DNA of 63,231 nucleotides, filler included, from Saprolegnia diclina VS20 (Eukaryota): NCBI RefSeq assembly GCF_000281045.1. It is 5 parts of one record of this genome, joined end to end, with 100 filler letters (N's around TTAATTAATTAA, not from the genome) between each part and the next. Parts side by side here need not be neighbours in the genome. Positions count along the whole stretch, not along the records: positions 26,574 to 45,567 come from NW_008246098.1; 4 more parts are not named here. One strand, 5' to 3'. Shown piece by piece: positions 33,811 to 44,937 of this stretch (position 1 is its first letter; each line of letters starts with the position of its first letter). The notes under the pieces were generated by a model. It saw only the letters and a program-made list of their open reading frames with translations, ran no database searches and was not told where the DNA came from. The position numbers and the translations under genes were made by a program.

Positions 33811-34996
33811 TGTGTCCACTGTTTTGCGTCGCCGTCGCTGCGCCCTTCGCGCTGCGCGCTGCCGTACCTCAACGGCCTCCGCTCGTCGGCGAGCAACCCC
33901 GATGTCTACTACTTGACTGCGCACGAAGCCAGTCCGAGCAAGGTGGTACCTTTCGAATCGCTTTTTGTTTAATGTTTTCTGGGATAGGACCCCGAGGTTT
34001 CCTAAGCTTGAAAACCATTGATCGAAACGACTTGACTAGAAGCACTATGCTGCCGAGGCCCACTTGTGCCCCAAACACAATGTCCTCAAGCCCAAGCGCA
34101 ACGTCATCGTCATGCCAAGCCTCGCCCACACGGGTACTCCTCATTGTAATGTTTTCGCAAACGACGCTGGATAGGCATCTCGCTCGCGTCCGACCAGTCG
34201 GACCGCACCGAGTGGCGCGCCGACTTGCACGCGCTCACCACCGACTTGCATCGCACGTACGTTCCGTCCATCTTGCAAAGTACATAAATGGAATATTGAG
34301 GACAAGTACGTAGGTGGACGCCGGCGCCCATTGTGTGGAGCGAACAGGCGTTGCATGTGGGCTTCTTTAAGGACGCCGCGCAGGTCAAGCCCAGCGTGCA
34401 CTCGGTGCTGCTCCAAGGACTCCAACAGTCGCCGTCAGACACAGCGATACCTTGCGTGAGCCTCTCGTCGCCATACCGGCCAAAACACCTCTAATTATAT
34501 ATATATATGAACGTGTTCCGCGTTATCTTCATTATGACACAAAGACTTCGCATACGTAGCGCTACGCCTGAATGTGTAGGAGTTGGCACCAGCACTTGGT
34601 CGTTGGGAGTGAGCTGCGTACGGAGATGTCCATCCCGTGGTGGACTCCACTCGCCGAGTTCTAGCTCGCGCGAGGTCGTACGCAGGCTCCTGTACTCGGA
34701 CCTCTAACTCAAATGTCAAACAACAAACCAGACTAGGGTAATACTTCAGTACGAGTATGTGGGTACACATGAAGTCTGGACATGTGTTTTCTAGCATTCT
34801 AGTCGAGCTAGTGGTTGTTTAGGCGCGAACACTGAGATTGTATCACCGGATTCGCACAAAACACATCTTTTCTTGTCAACCACTTTTAAAGGATCGAAAA
34901 TAGTGTACAGATTCCAGTCATCTTTGTCGACAAATGGATCCAAAATAGCACGAAATGTTGAAAATATCAAAATTACGAGCAAAAATAGTGGACACA
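33811..34996. mobile_element. Candidate non-autonomous element or solo LTR with TG..CA termini and 4-bp TSD
   Basis: Starts TGTGTCCACTGTTTT and ends AAAATAGTGGACACA. AACG directly flanks both sides (33807-33810 and 34997-35000). Confidence 0.5.
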
Positions 34997-35009
34997 AACG
35001 TCCACTCGA

Positions 35010-36503
35010 CTAGAGATGCACGACAATGTGGGGTGGCACTAGCGAGTGCACGATCGACCGGCACGCGGCGCGGTCAGCGGCCGACGACAACGCTGACGAC
35101 AGGTCCATCGTGAAAGGCCAGCTTGGTCTTTGCGTCGCTGCCTGCGCCAGGTCGAGGACACTGCTACGCGAGAGCGCGTTCTTGTTGAGCGCGAGAAGGC
35201 GCAGCGACGCTGGACGTGCCTGCACCAGCGCGACTCCGCCCACAGAGCCAATGCGGTTGCTGCCCAAGTACAGCTGGCGAAGCGACGTGCACGTTGGGAG
35301 CGCGCCTGCAAGCGCCAGCGCCACCGTATCACCCACACGCTGACGCACGAGTCGCAAGGAACAGAGCGACGAGCCGCGAGTCAAGATACGTGCAAGCACT
35401 GCCGCGTTGTCGTCCCCGAGGTCGTTGTCGTCAAGGGACAGCTCGTGTAGCCGTGGAAGCACCTCTCGAACGAGGCTATCGATGCAAGACGGCATGAGAT
35501 GCCACGACGTCAACGTAAGCGACCGCAGCTGGTGCAGTGCTGGTAGCGCCTCCGAGACAACACGATAAAAATGCATTGGACCCAGCTTCGTGGAGGCTGA
35601 CGCCGATAGCGTCAACGAGGACAAGCGTGGACAGCTCACCAGCCGATGCGCGAGCTTGCGAAAGTTGTACAAGCTACCAAATGCAAGGTGGAGCGAGCAT
35701 AGCGATGGTGGCCATGCATAGTCGGGGTGGCAGAGCTGCTGGGACAAGGACGTGGCCTCGACGCGCAGTGAGCGCAGCCTGCGCAGCGACACGAGCGCCA
35801 GTACGAGCTCGTTCGTGCCCAGGAGAGAGACTCCTGCCGTGACGGTCAGTGCCGTCGCGTCACCGCGCTCCAGCCATGTTGTGAGCGCTGTTGTCACTAT
35901 CCATGGATCGCCCAATGTCGACGCCAGCTCGAGCTCGGTGGCGCGGGAGGCGACGACTGCGGCGAGGACGGCAGTCATGCTTGTCGACTTTGACGCAAGG
36001 CGCACCCGGACCAGATGCGGCAGTGTCGGTAGCCACGCGCAAAGCTGCTCGACTTCGCGCGCTGCGACGTTGCAGTCGTACAGGTGCGTACCGCTGGCGA
36101 AGCAAAGGTCCAGCGAGACGATGCGCAGCGAAAGCGACGCTGCGATGGCCACGTGCTGCGGCAGTACGAGCGTGATGCGGACGCTCGTGGCGGGTCCGAG
36201 CGGGACGAGCCAGGCGTCGTCGAGGTCAGGCAAGGTCACGACCAGGTACAACACCATGCAGCGGGCTACGTTCCGCACGCGGTCCGGGTGGTCGCGCAGG
36301 GACGCGAGGAGGCCATTGGTCGTCGGCCAGAGGTGGCGGCGCGGTGTCGTGGCCGCTAGCGCCAGCAGGCTCGTGAGCGCGTCTGTCAAGAGGCTTGGTG
36401 GCAGCGCATGGAGGAGCGCGAAGAGGTCGTCGGCGTCGCGGAGGAAGGTCGCAATCGCTTCGACGGCGTCGGGTGCGAGTCGTCGCTCGATCGTGGCGGC
36501 CAT
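35010..36503 (-). CDS. F-box-like/RNI-type LRR protein
   Basis: N-terminal LAPDAVEAIATFL..DDLFALL..LP..LWP. C-terminal LHELSLDDNDLGD, LRQLYLGSNRIG and LLALNKNAL repeats. Confidence 0.85.
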   Translation of the reverse strand: MAATIERRLAPDAVEAIATFLRDADDLFALLHALPPSLLTDALTSLLALAATTPRRHLWPTTNGLLASLRDHPDRVRNVARCMVLYLVVTLPDLDDAWLVPLGPATSVRITLVLPQHVAIAASLSLRIVSLDLCFASGTHLYDCNVAAREVEQLCAWLPTLPHLVRVRLASKSTSMTAVLAAVVASRATELELASTLGDPWIVTTALTTWLERGDATALTVTAGVSLLGTNELVLALVSLRRLRSLRVEATSLSQQLCHPDYAWPPSLCSLHLAFGSLYNFRKLAHRLVSCPRLSSLTLSASASTKLGPMHFYRVVSEALPALHQLRSLTLTSWHLMPSCIDSLVREVLPRLHELSLDDNDLGDDNAAVLARILTRGSSLCSLRLVRQRVGDTVALALAGALPTCTSLRQLYLGSNRIGSVGGVALVQARPASLRLLALNKNALSRSSVLDLAQAATQRPSWPFTMDLSSALSSAADRAACRSIVHSLVPPHIVVHL

Positions 36504-36780
36504 GGCCAGATGGCCTTTTTCGAAGAGGCCTGTGACATTCGTTATTGGCGTTGGAGAGTGCGGGTCGTTCCTTTCAAATCCAATACTATCCAGCCGTATT
36601 GGATACATGGGTGGCATCGTATGGGCACAATTATTGTGCCTCGCCCGACGCAAAGAGTGTTCGTTACGGAAGCACCGTTCATCTTCTATTGCTACATTTA
36701 TGTAATTCTAGTACAGCTCTACTACGATACTGAAGACTATCGAGTTGTTGGAAAAATCATCCGTTGTCAATGTTGGCGCT

Positions 36781-37839
36781 TTACATCAGGCAACGTGGAC
36801 GCGATGGTTGGTAGTACAAAGCAGCCTGTGCCGGAAGCACATTCCCGTATGACACGTGCTGTCGAGTCAGCAAGCGGTCAACGCGCACCATGGGCTGGAG
36901 AACTTTCAACAAATACTTGGACTTGTACGCTGCACACAACTCGTGAAGCTCGCGGGTCTTGACCGAGAGTGCTGATCGAGGGGGCGCATCGAGGGCCAAA
37001 AGCGTGCACACAATGGTAGCACTCGTGCAAATGATCTTCACCGTGGCCGAGTCGCTGCCAAGCAATGCATGGGCTACGAGAAGCGAGGCCTTTGCGGTTT
37101 CCAAGGACTCGCGTACGGCCTTTGACGTAGCGGCAAGCTGGACGCTGTGCGTTTCGTAAAATACGATTGGCATCGGTTGGACCTCGTGATTCAGCAGACC
37201 ATTTTTGTCCATATCACTTTGGGTCATGCCCATATCGTCGTCGTCGTCGCTGTACGGCATCCCACCTCTGTTGTTGGTGGGGTCCATGCTGGAGCGTGCC
37301 GCAGTCATTGCTTCCGTTATTGGTGCATTGCCCAAGTCGTCTTGGCTACCGTGGCACACATAGTCGGCCATGCCAAGGTCGTCGTCGCCTTGCGTCGTGC
37401 CTGCAACGTTTCTTTTGTTGGTGTCGGTGCTGGACGCTTCCTTGGGCATGGATGCCAGCGTGTCGCCTTCGCCATACACAACGACTGCCGACATGTTGTC
37501 GATGTAATCTTCGGAGTGCTTTGGGGTTGCGACAAGACTCTGAGCTTGGTTGTGCTTGGTTGCGCCGTACTGGACTTGACTGATCTTCGTGAGGTGACCT
37601 TGAATGATCTTGTCAGCGCATGCAAAAATATCTGGGGCCATTTGTAGCCACTGGAGAAGACGATATGCGTGCGTATCGTCGCTTGTACCGTCGACGGCGT
37701 TCTCAGTGTACCTCATGACATCTGCGCACCACTGCATGACCCCAGACGTGGTCTCGATGTCGACGCTGTCCATCTCAAGATCGTCATGGGCGACCTTGAG
37801 CTTCTTGTTGCGCGACAAGGACGTGTGAACTTGTCCCAT
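36781..37839 (-). CDS. Divergent HlyE/ClyA-like protein with acidic insert and N-myristoylation consensus
   Basis: MGQVHT start. ETTSGVMQWC resembles HlyE EATQTVYEWC; RELHELCAAYKSKY resembles KKMINTCNEYQKRH. D-rich middle region. Confidence 0.6.
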   Translation of the reverse strand: MGQVHTSLSRNKKLKVAHDDLEMDSVDIETTSGVMQWCADVMRYTENAVDGTSDDTHAYRLLQWLQMAPDIFACADKIIQGHLTKISQVQYGATKHNQAQSLVATPKHSEDYIDNMSAVVVYGEGDTLASMPKEASSTDTNKRNVAGTTQGDDDLGMADYVCHGSQDDLGNAPITEAMTAARSSMDPTNNRGGMPYSDDDDDMGMTQSDMDKNGLLNHEVQPMPIVFYETHSVQLAATSKAVRESLETAKASLLVAHALLGSDSATVKIICTSATIVCTLLALDAPPRSALSVKTRELHELCAAYKSKYLLKVLQPMVRVDRLLTRQHVSYGNVLPAQAALYYQPSRPRCLM

Positions 37840-38178
37840 TCTGAATGTTTTGCCACTGTTACAGTTTATTGTGTTGTGCAGAAGTCAGGGACTCAAGAGG
37901 CAAATTTCATTTGTCGTCTTGCGTGATACAAAAGCTCCACTTCATTCATATGAGAAACCGAGCATAGGACATAAAAACGGTGCAGCTGGGAACCGACCGA
38001 TAGCTGCACATACACTTTGCCGTATCATGCAACGCCACTTGATACACACTTGATACAACACGACAACATGCACTTTTGCTGACACGACCGTTTTCATTGG
38101 TTCAAACTTGATATTAACGTTCGTCGGATATTATCAAGTCGGAGCGGACAACAGTCGTGATGCAGTATCGAAGTCCAC

Positions 38179-38194
38179 CTCACTTGCAATTTGC
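38179..38194 (+). promoter_or_regulatory. Oomycete INR+FPR-like core promoter
   Basis: CTCACTTGCAATTTGC before ATG 38196; supports that ATG as the start. Confidence 0.5.
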
Positions 38195-38195
38195 C

Positions 38196-38945
38196 ATGGG
38201 CCTCAACATCTCCATCATCTACCCGCAAGTACCTCCGACCCCGCCTCCCAAACGCGATGTTGAGCGTTGTGACCTCGCGTGGTCAGTGGGATGGGGCACG
38301 TGCCTGGGGTGCGTCCTTGGGCTCATCGACGAGAAAAAGATGTACCCCCCGCCGGCGCGCAAGCTGCTTGACGAGATTTACGACTACACATCAAGTGGAC
38401 TCGAACACCACCGGAAGGTGACCGCGACAACATACAAGTGGTGTAGCGAGCTCGAAAGTTATCTCGTGGGCTTCCTCGAGGCCTGTACCGAGAACGATAA
38501 AGCCACGATGCGTGCGTTTACGATCGAACGGCTCGACAAAGCGCCAGCGACGGTCCAGGCTGTTCTTTGCAGCATCGAATCGGGGCTCAAGGACATAAAC
38601 CTCGCCATCGGGCTACTGTCCAAGTTTCGTGCCGAGATCCACGCAGCCTTTGCAGTCAAAGGCACTCAATCGTCGAAAGAGTGCACGGCAATCGAGGCCA
38701 AGATGGAGAGCGCGCTCGCGTGCTTCACGGCTACCCATGATACCCTCTATCGCGCTCGTTCCGCCTTCAAGCGCGACGCCCAGCACGTCGCATTTCTCGA
38801 AAGCAGCGCAGGCGTCGTCAAGACATTCATCCAGCTCGAGAGCGCTTCGATGCCCATGCTCGCGTCGAAGGGCAAAGAGCTCGTCCAGCTCTGCGAATCG
38901 TACAAGAAAAGGCATTCCGAGTATGCCGGCCTCCTCTCAAAGTGA
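38196..38945 (+). CDS. HlyE/ClyA-derived protein lacking the beta-tongue; N-myristoylation consensus
   Basis: MGLNIS start. W-x16-Y-x31-WC spacing as recalled for E. coli HlyE. TATTYKWC and C-terminal LVQLCESYKKRH. Confidence 0.82.
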   Translation: MGLNISIIYPQVPPTPPPKRDVERCDLAWSVGWGTCLGCVLGLIDEKKMYPPPARKLLDEIYDYTSSGLEHHRKVTATTYKWCSELESYLVGFLEACTENDKATMRAFTIERLDKAPATVQAVLCSIESGLKDINLAIGLLSKFRAEIHAAFAVKGTQSSKECTAIEAKMESALACFTATHDTLYRARSAFKRDAQHVAFLESSAGVVKTFIQLESASMPMLASKGKELVQLCESYKKRHSEYAGLLSK

Positions 38946-39080
38946 CGTGCTTCCTTTGCTAAAGACAAGCAGACAATAGGTACATGTGCATTAATAGTGT
39001 TTTAGCTGGCTTCAACTATTGTAGCCTTCCATTGATGGATAAGGTGCTACGGCAAACTGAACTAGATTTTCATATATATC

Positions 39081-39140
39081 CTCTTCTTCAACTTTTTGCG
39101 TGCTCCACTACTCTTCTTCAACTTTTTGCGTACTCCACTC
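39081..39140. repeat. 30-bp tandem duplication
   Basis: CTCTTCTTCAACTTTTTGCGTRCTCCACT occurs twice. Confidence 0.9.
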
Positions 39141-39676
39141 GTCTAGCCTGGCTAGCAACCCCAGACACAGAGTCGAACCATGCACCTCGTTTGTACGCTG
39201 ACTATTCCCAGCACAAAATTGGTGTTACAAGTCGTAAATACCGAAAATCAGGCAACGGACAGAGGCAATAATTGTACAGGTATAATACCGGTTGTGGCCC
39301 ATCTTTCACAAGAGCTGAGATGCCAACAGCTGGCCTTCGAGTTCTAAAACTAGCCCATAGCCGCTTGCATGCGATTATCGACAGTTGGTTCAATCAACCA
39401 AAAAATAATCAAGACGGATATTCGCGTTCATAAATAGATAGATATATAAGCGACAAATCAAAAGCCGCTTTTGCTTTCAACGCTTTTGGGAAGCGAGGAT
39501 GACCTGCCCGGACATCAACTTGATACACAAAGTTGAAGGCTTTTGCTTGATACAAAACTTTCAAGTCCCCTTTCCGCCACTTGGCACGAGAATTATCTCA
39601 TGCCACGTGACGTTTTGTATCTAGCTCGTGCACGCACGGGCGTCAGAAGCCTCGCTCACTTCACCAAACACATTGT

Positions 39677-40441
39677 ATGGGTTCAACTACCAGCACGCCC
39701 TCGAGGCCTCCGACGTCGGGTCCATCGGTACCGCCCCCAACTCGGGACGTGGTGCGCTGTGACAATGCCCAATCGGTTGGATGGGGTGACTGTAGCAACT
39801 CCATTCTAGCGCTCCTCACGGAAAAATACGACTATCCCGCTGATGCGCGTCGATACCTTGACATGGTCGACTCGTGCATGGACCGCGGACTTGCGCACCA
39901 CCAAGGCGCGACCCAGACGACATACCAATGGTGCGACGAAGTCGAAAGTTATCTCAGCAGCTACCTGCTCTGCCACAATGCTGCCAATGCCACTGTGCTA
40001 CGTCGTTTGATCCGCGAACGCCTCGAAGCGGCACCACGCATGATGGCGGCGACTGTTTCCAGCATCGAGTCGGGTCTCTCAGACGTGAATACTGCGGTGG
40101 GGCTGTTGACCGAGCTCCGCGTCGCCATCAACAACAGCTTTGTCGTCACCTCGAAACACACGCAAACGCAGCGCGACAACATTTTGCGCAAACTCGACGC
40201 TGCCAATACGTGCTTTGAGGCGACACGCGACGCGCTCCTCCGCGCGCACGACGTTTTTAACCTTGACGCGCAGCTCGTCAGCGCCATCACAACACAAGCG
40301 AGAATTGTGCGCTTGTTTATTACGCTGGACAATGTCAGCGTCCGACTGGCAGTGCTCGAAGACAACTGCACCAACCTCGTCCGTTGCTGCACGTCGTACA
40401 AGGATAGCCATCACGAGTACATTGAACAGCTTTTGCAATAG
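39677..40441 (+). CDS. HlyE/ClyA-derived protein lacking the beta-tongue; N-myristoylation consensus
   Basis: MGSTTS start. ATQTTYQWC vs HlyE ATQTVYEWC; INNSFVVTSKHTQTQRDNI vs LTNDFSEKSSYFQSQVDKI; CTSYKDSH. Tandem paralogue of 38196. Confidence 0.85.
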   Translation: MGSTTSTPSRPPTSGPSVPPPTRDVVRCDNAQSVGWGDCSNSILALLTEKYDYPADARRYLDMVDSCMDRGLAHHQGATQTTYQWCDEVESYLSSYLLCHNAANATVLRRLIRERLEAAPRMMAATVSSIESGLSDVNTAVGLLTELRVAINNSFVVTSKHTQTQRDNILRKLDAANTCFEATRDALLRAHDVFNLDAQLVSAITTQARIVRLFITLDNVSVRLAVLEDNCTNLVRCCTSYKDSHHEYIEQLLQ

Positions 40442-40899
40442 GCGTCCATTAGATCAACACTATTATGTACACTAATGACTCCAATCGTACCGGCTGGGGA
40501 TTTCATAAGACACAGAATACACTCTATTTGCCAGTACATATCGAACCATATCCCCGCTGTGCCGACCCAAATGGACGTCGATCACAAATGGATAAGGTAC
40601 CGACAATGAACATGTCGCACATGCGGCGACGAGCTGCTGTCCATCACCAGCACGTTAGCACGCGCAGAGATTATACAATGACAAATCGCTGTGAATGTTG
40701 TCGTGGCACCTATCCTAAAAAGGCGGCCGCGAAACTTTCATTGGACTGCATATATGGCACTTGTCAAGCATGTGTTTCAATAATATCAAGTAATCAAGTT
40801 TGCCGGACCTCATAGCTCCACAAATAATTACGAATCCACGTCTCCATTTGGCTAGATTCTTTTGTGTCAAGTTGGAGAGCGCGATAGCGGACCACCACA

Positions 40900-41560
40900 C
40901 AACGCAATTCGACGAATATAGCACAATGACCCACAGCATGAGCATATGCTTCCGCAGCTTCTTGACGACCAAGTCGCCCTCGCTACACGCCTGTGCCCCG
41001 CAGCAACCGACACGGCGCTGTCGTTGTACATTGACTTGGCAGACGCGGTTTTGAGGCGGCGCAAGTGGGCTTGTACATGACCTCGGTACAGAAGCGTCGC
41101 TCCGACCGAAGCTCTTTCAGTGCGTCAAGAGTCTCCAAGATATACTCTCACGCATGCACAATACCCTTGGGACAAGGCCACGCGCTCCCGCTGCGCACAC
41201 GTCTTGGACACGGCTAGCACGGTTTTGACGGACGCCAGCGACGGCTTGGCGGAGGTGACCGCGACCTTGTGTCGCTGCATTGAAGACGGCAACGCGGCCG
41301 TCGCCGCCACGACCGACTGCAGCGCTCTGTGCCTTGTTTTTGCTTCGGAAGCGGCCTTCATGCGATGCCTTCATGTGGGCCACACGCTCGGCCACGAGTC
41401 GCATCTGCTCCGCGACTTGCTAGACAGTATCGCTGAGCTACGCGCGTAAGTCGATGATGCGCCTCTGCTGAATGTGTATAAAGGCGGCTTGTGTCCAGCT
41501 CGAGCAAAACTGCAACGCGCTCAATGTCAAGTAGAGTACTGGAACCATGGGTACCCCTGA
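40900..41560 (+). pseudogene. Possible decayed member of the HlyE-like tandem family
   Basis: Helical fragments with stops and frameshifts. VQLEQNCNAL near 41490 resembles VLEDNCTNL in the 39677 gene. Boundaries approximate. Confidence 0.3.
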
Positions 41561-41802
41561 CGACAACTCGGTGACATCGGGCACGTGTGAATAGCGCCGT
41601 CCTTGCACTAGTATACAAGTTATGTATTTCGGTATCTATATTTCACAAATTTATTGACGCGCGTTGCGATGACAATTCTCATGTTCGGAATCAATATGTA
41701 GTGACAGAGTGGCCGAAAGCAAGCAACGAGGAATATTTGGAATCGGAAATGAAAATATATGTACTAGTAGAAAGAAGATGAATGAGTGAGCGAGCGAGAT
41801 GT

Positions 41803-44593
41803 CTACGAGAGCGGGCGAAGCGAGAGGGTGAAGAGTTGCTTGATGGAAATATCCTTGCGGAACACGCGGATCACCGTCTTGTCGACCTTGCTTTCCGTAA
41901 TGACGTGGCAGTGGGCGCGAAAGATGTCATGGCACAGTAAAATGTTGAAAAACACCTACAAAAAGCAACAAAATGAGCTTGTATTCCCCTAAACACGTGT
42001 GCATCGGCAACGTACCTTCATGATGTCGTCGGTACGAAAGAGAAACCGGTTGTCGACAACGACCCACCCCGACGTCCAAATCCCAGACGGCGACGCATAC
42101 TTCATGCCTAAGAAGGATGTACATGTCGTCCAACAAGTTCTTAGTCTATGAGTGGATAATAGTATGTGACCTTTGATGAAGAGGTAGTTTTCGTGGTACG
42201 ACATGAGACCATATTTATGGCGCAAATATTCCCCCTACATATTCACTGTCATGATATCCTATCTCATACCAAACACGAATACCGTGCTGCTTTCAAAACA
42301 CGTTGCGTTCTCTGTGCTACCCGACTTGCCGGTGGTCGCACCCGTGCCACCCTACAATAATTGTCCAATTGAAATCGCAAAATTATTGAAAAATTGTGGA
42401 CCGTGTCGGCCGTCATCGTCCCGCGGGTGTGCGCAGCTTCGACGAGGTGGTCTGTAAAGCGCACCGTGTAGAAGCGATTCATCGCGCAGTAGAGCGCAAA
42501 TACGATGAGCGCTACATGCCTTGTTAGATAGTCCTATAGTTTGTAAAATCTACATGGTCACGTACCAATGTACAACCACGTCATTTCGTTAAAGACAATC
42601 GTTGCGTTGAAGTCGAGCTTTTCGTGCCACATCCACATGTCGAGACCCGACGAGTCGGACGGCACGACGTTGAGCATTTGGTTGGCCATGAGCTCGTCGT
42701 TGGCCCCTACAAGGACACGTTGAAACATTCATAAATGTTGTTGGACATACGGGTCAGAATGAAACCGAGACCGGCCACGATGGCTTCGCGCTGCGAGTAG
42801 ACAATCATGTACACGATCACTGGGATCTAGCAACACCCATGCTCGTCCATTCGTGATACGAACAAGACGCACCGCGGGGTTCACACGCAGTCGAAAGTTG
42901 GTTGCAATGAGCGCGGCGCCCGCGAGAAAGAGGCTCAAGCAGTCCGACTTGATGGAGTCGGTAAGGACATACATCGTAAGCAGATGGCTGCGCGCATTGC
43001 CTTGGTTGTACGACCTAAAAGGGTCAAAAAGGGGAAATAACTATGTATACAGTGACCACGTACCATTCTTGAAGCGCCCACCAGCCGTCGATCCACCACG
43101 CGAGGATCGTGAGGACGCCACGAAACCCGATGCCCGAGCCGACGGACGGCGAAATGTCGGGAATCCACCAGACGCCGGTCGCGGTATGGATGTTTTTGGA
43201 TATAATACACGCCATGATCTACGACAACATGTCCATTCGCAGTTGGAACATATGCAACAACATAAAGATATATACCGTGCTCGTAATGATCGTAAACGAG
43301 AGAAAACCGCTCACCAAAGCTTGGCCCCACGCCCACGAGTTTTTGATGCGCCCGACGCCTTCGTAGTTAAAGTAGTGAATCGGGTCGAGCGGATTCGGCG
43401 ACAATTGCCACACAAACGTATTGTAGTTGGCTTGTTCGTTCTGGGACCCGCGGTACATGCCACCATACCCCTACCCTCCAAATGTCAAAAATTGTCCAAA
43501 AGAGATTCAAAACCTGGAGAATCATTTCCAGCTCCGTTGAAAGCACGTAGGTGTTCCACGCGCCCGTGCTCGTGGTCGAGTTGATGTACACTTCGTCAAA
43601 TGCTGCCGTGTTGAAGGGAAACCCGCGCGACGAAAACATGCGGTGGATCGCAACCTAATCACCCATTTCAAATTTTAAATTTCAAAACTCGAAAATTCAA
43701 AATCGAATCTCGAAAAAACCTCACCTCGGACGACGAGAGGCCCGCCAAAGTGTCACCGGAAGGTATCGTGGGGGCAACTTGCAAAGACGCCAAGGTCATG
43801 TTGGTGATCGTGACCGTGCCCGTCGGCATCGTGTCGCGCCGCGCTGGAATATTGGCCATAATTGTCTGCAGCTGGAACGTCACCACCCACTTGAGGTGCC
43901 GCTCAAGCAAATACGCCTAGTTCATATCCAGATACCAGAGACTCGGACTTGGAAAATACCTTGAACGCCGTCGTGTCTTGAGCGAGGCGACCTTCGAAGG
44001 AGCAGTCGACGACGGCAATCGCGCTGTTGTCGGTCACAGTGGCGGCCATGCCATATTCGACCATCATGTTTTTCATCAGAAACGAAACGTAGTTGGGTGC
44101 GTAAATGCGCTCAGTTGTCGCATTGACAATATTGGCGCAGCTGTTTGGCTGGAACTGCGTCGCGTCGGTCGTATCTTTTTCCAAATAGGCCACGTGGTAG
44201 CCCGCATCGAGGAGCTACGAAAGTATCCACATGAGCACCGACAGTCCAGATGCTTAGAGAATGTATCATTGTACGGTGGTGATGCGATTCTGGACACTGG
44301 GACCCGAGACCACCGCTTCGCGAAGCAGAAATGGCATGTTAAACGAGTGATAGCCGTACGAACGAGGCGTGTCGGAGCTCCCAAGCAACGTCTGCACCGT
44401 CCGCACAACCCCCGTCGTGTTGACGATAAAGATGACGGTAATCTACAAGCGAAAATGCGATGAGCAATCAGACAGGGAGGGGACGTACCGCGATGATGGC
44501 CGTGACGCTGTTGAAGATGTACAGAAACGCCTTGCGCTTGCGGCTCCGCGCCGCGGGTGCGACGACCCCGTTGACGCTCTCGGGTCCTTTCAT
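41803..44593 (-). CDS. Multi-exon multi-pass membrane protein of unknown function
   Basis: Chain of minus-strand exons separated by short GT..AG introns (44443-44488 and 41956-42015 checked). TM segments such as FLSFTIITSTVYIFMLL and GFRGVLTILAWWIDGWW. Internal junctions not all resolved. Confidence 0.7.
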
Positions 44594-44937
44594 GCCGTTA
44601 ACGATCCAACTTTAATTTGTATTTTTGGCGCGAGGCAAGCGGTTTCATGAAAAAACCCACCGACTCTGAACGATAGCCTCGGTTGATGCTTGGATCCACC
44701 GCCTCGTGGAGGGCAGTTGTTGATGCAATAATACGCTCTGCGTGCCTTGTCCACGTTGGCGCGATAGACCAGCTGTCCCTAGCGCGACCTTTAAGCACCG
44801 AAATGGTGGGCTTCCACGGCAGACGCCGTCCGATCGTTCAAGGGAGGGCATCTCCCTTGCATCGTCTTACGTCGGATCCTCTTTATCGTTGACCTTTCGC
44901 TATACAATTCCCTTTGATTCAAACGTTAGGAGAGTGG

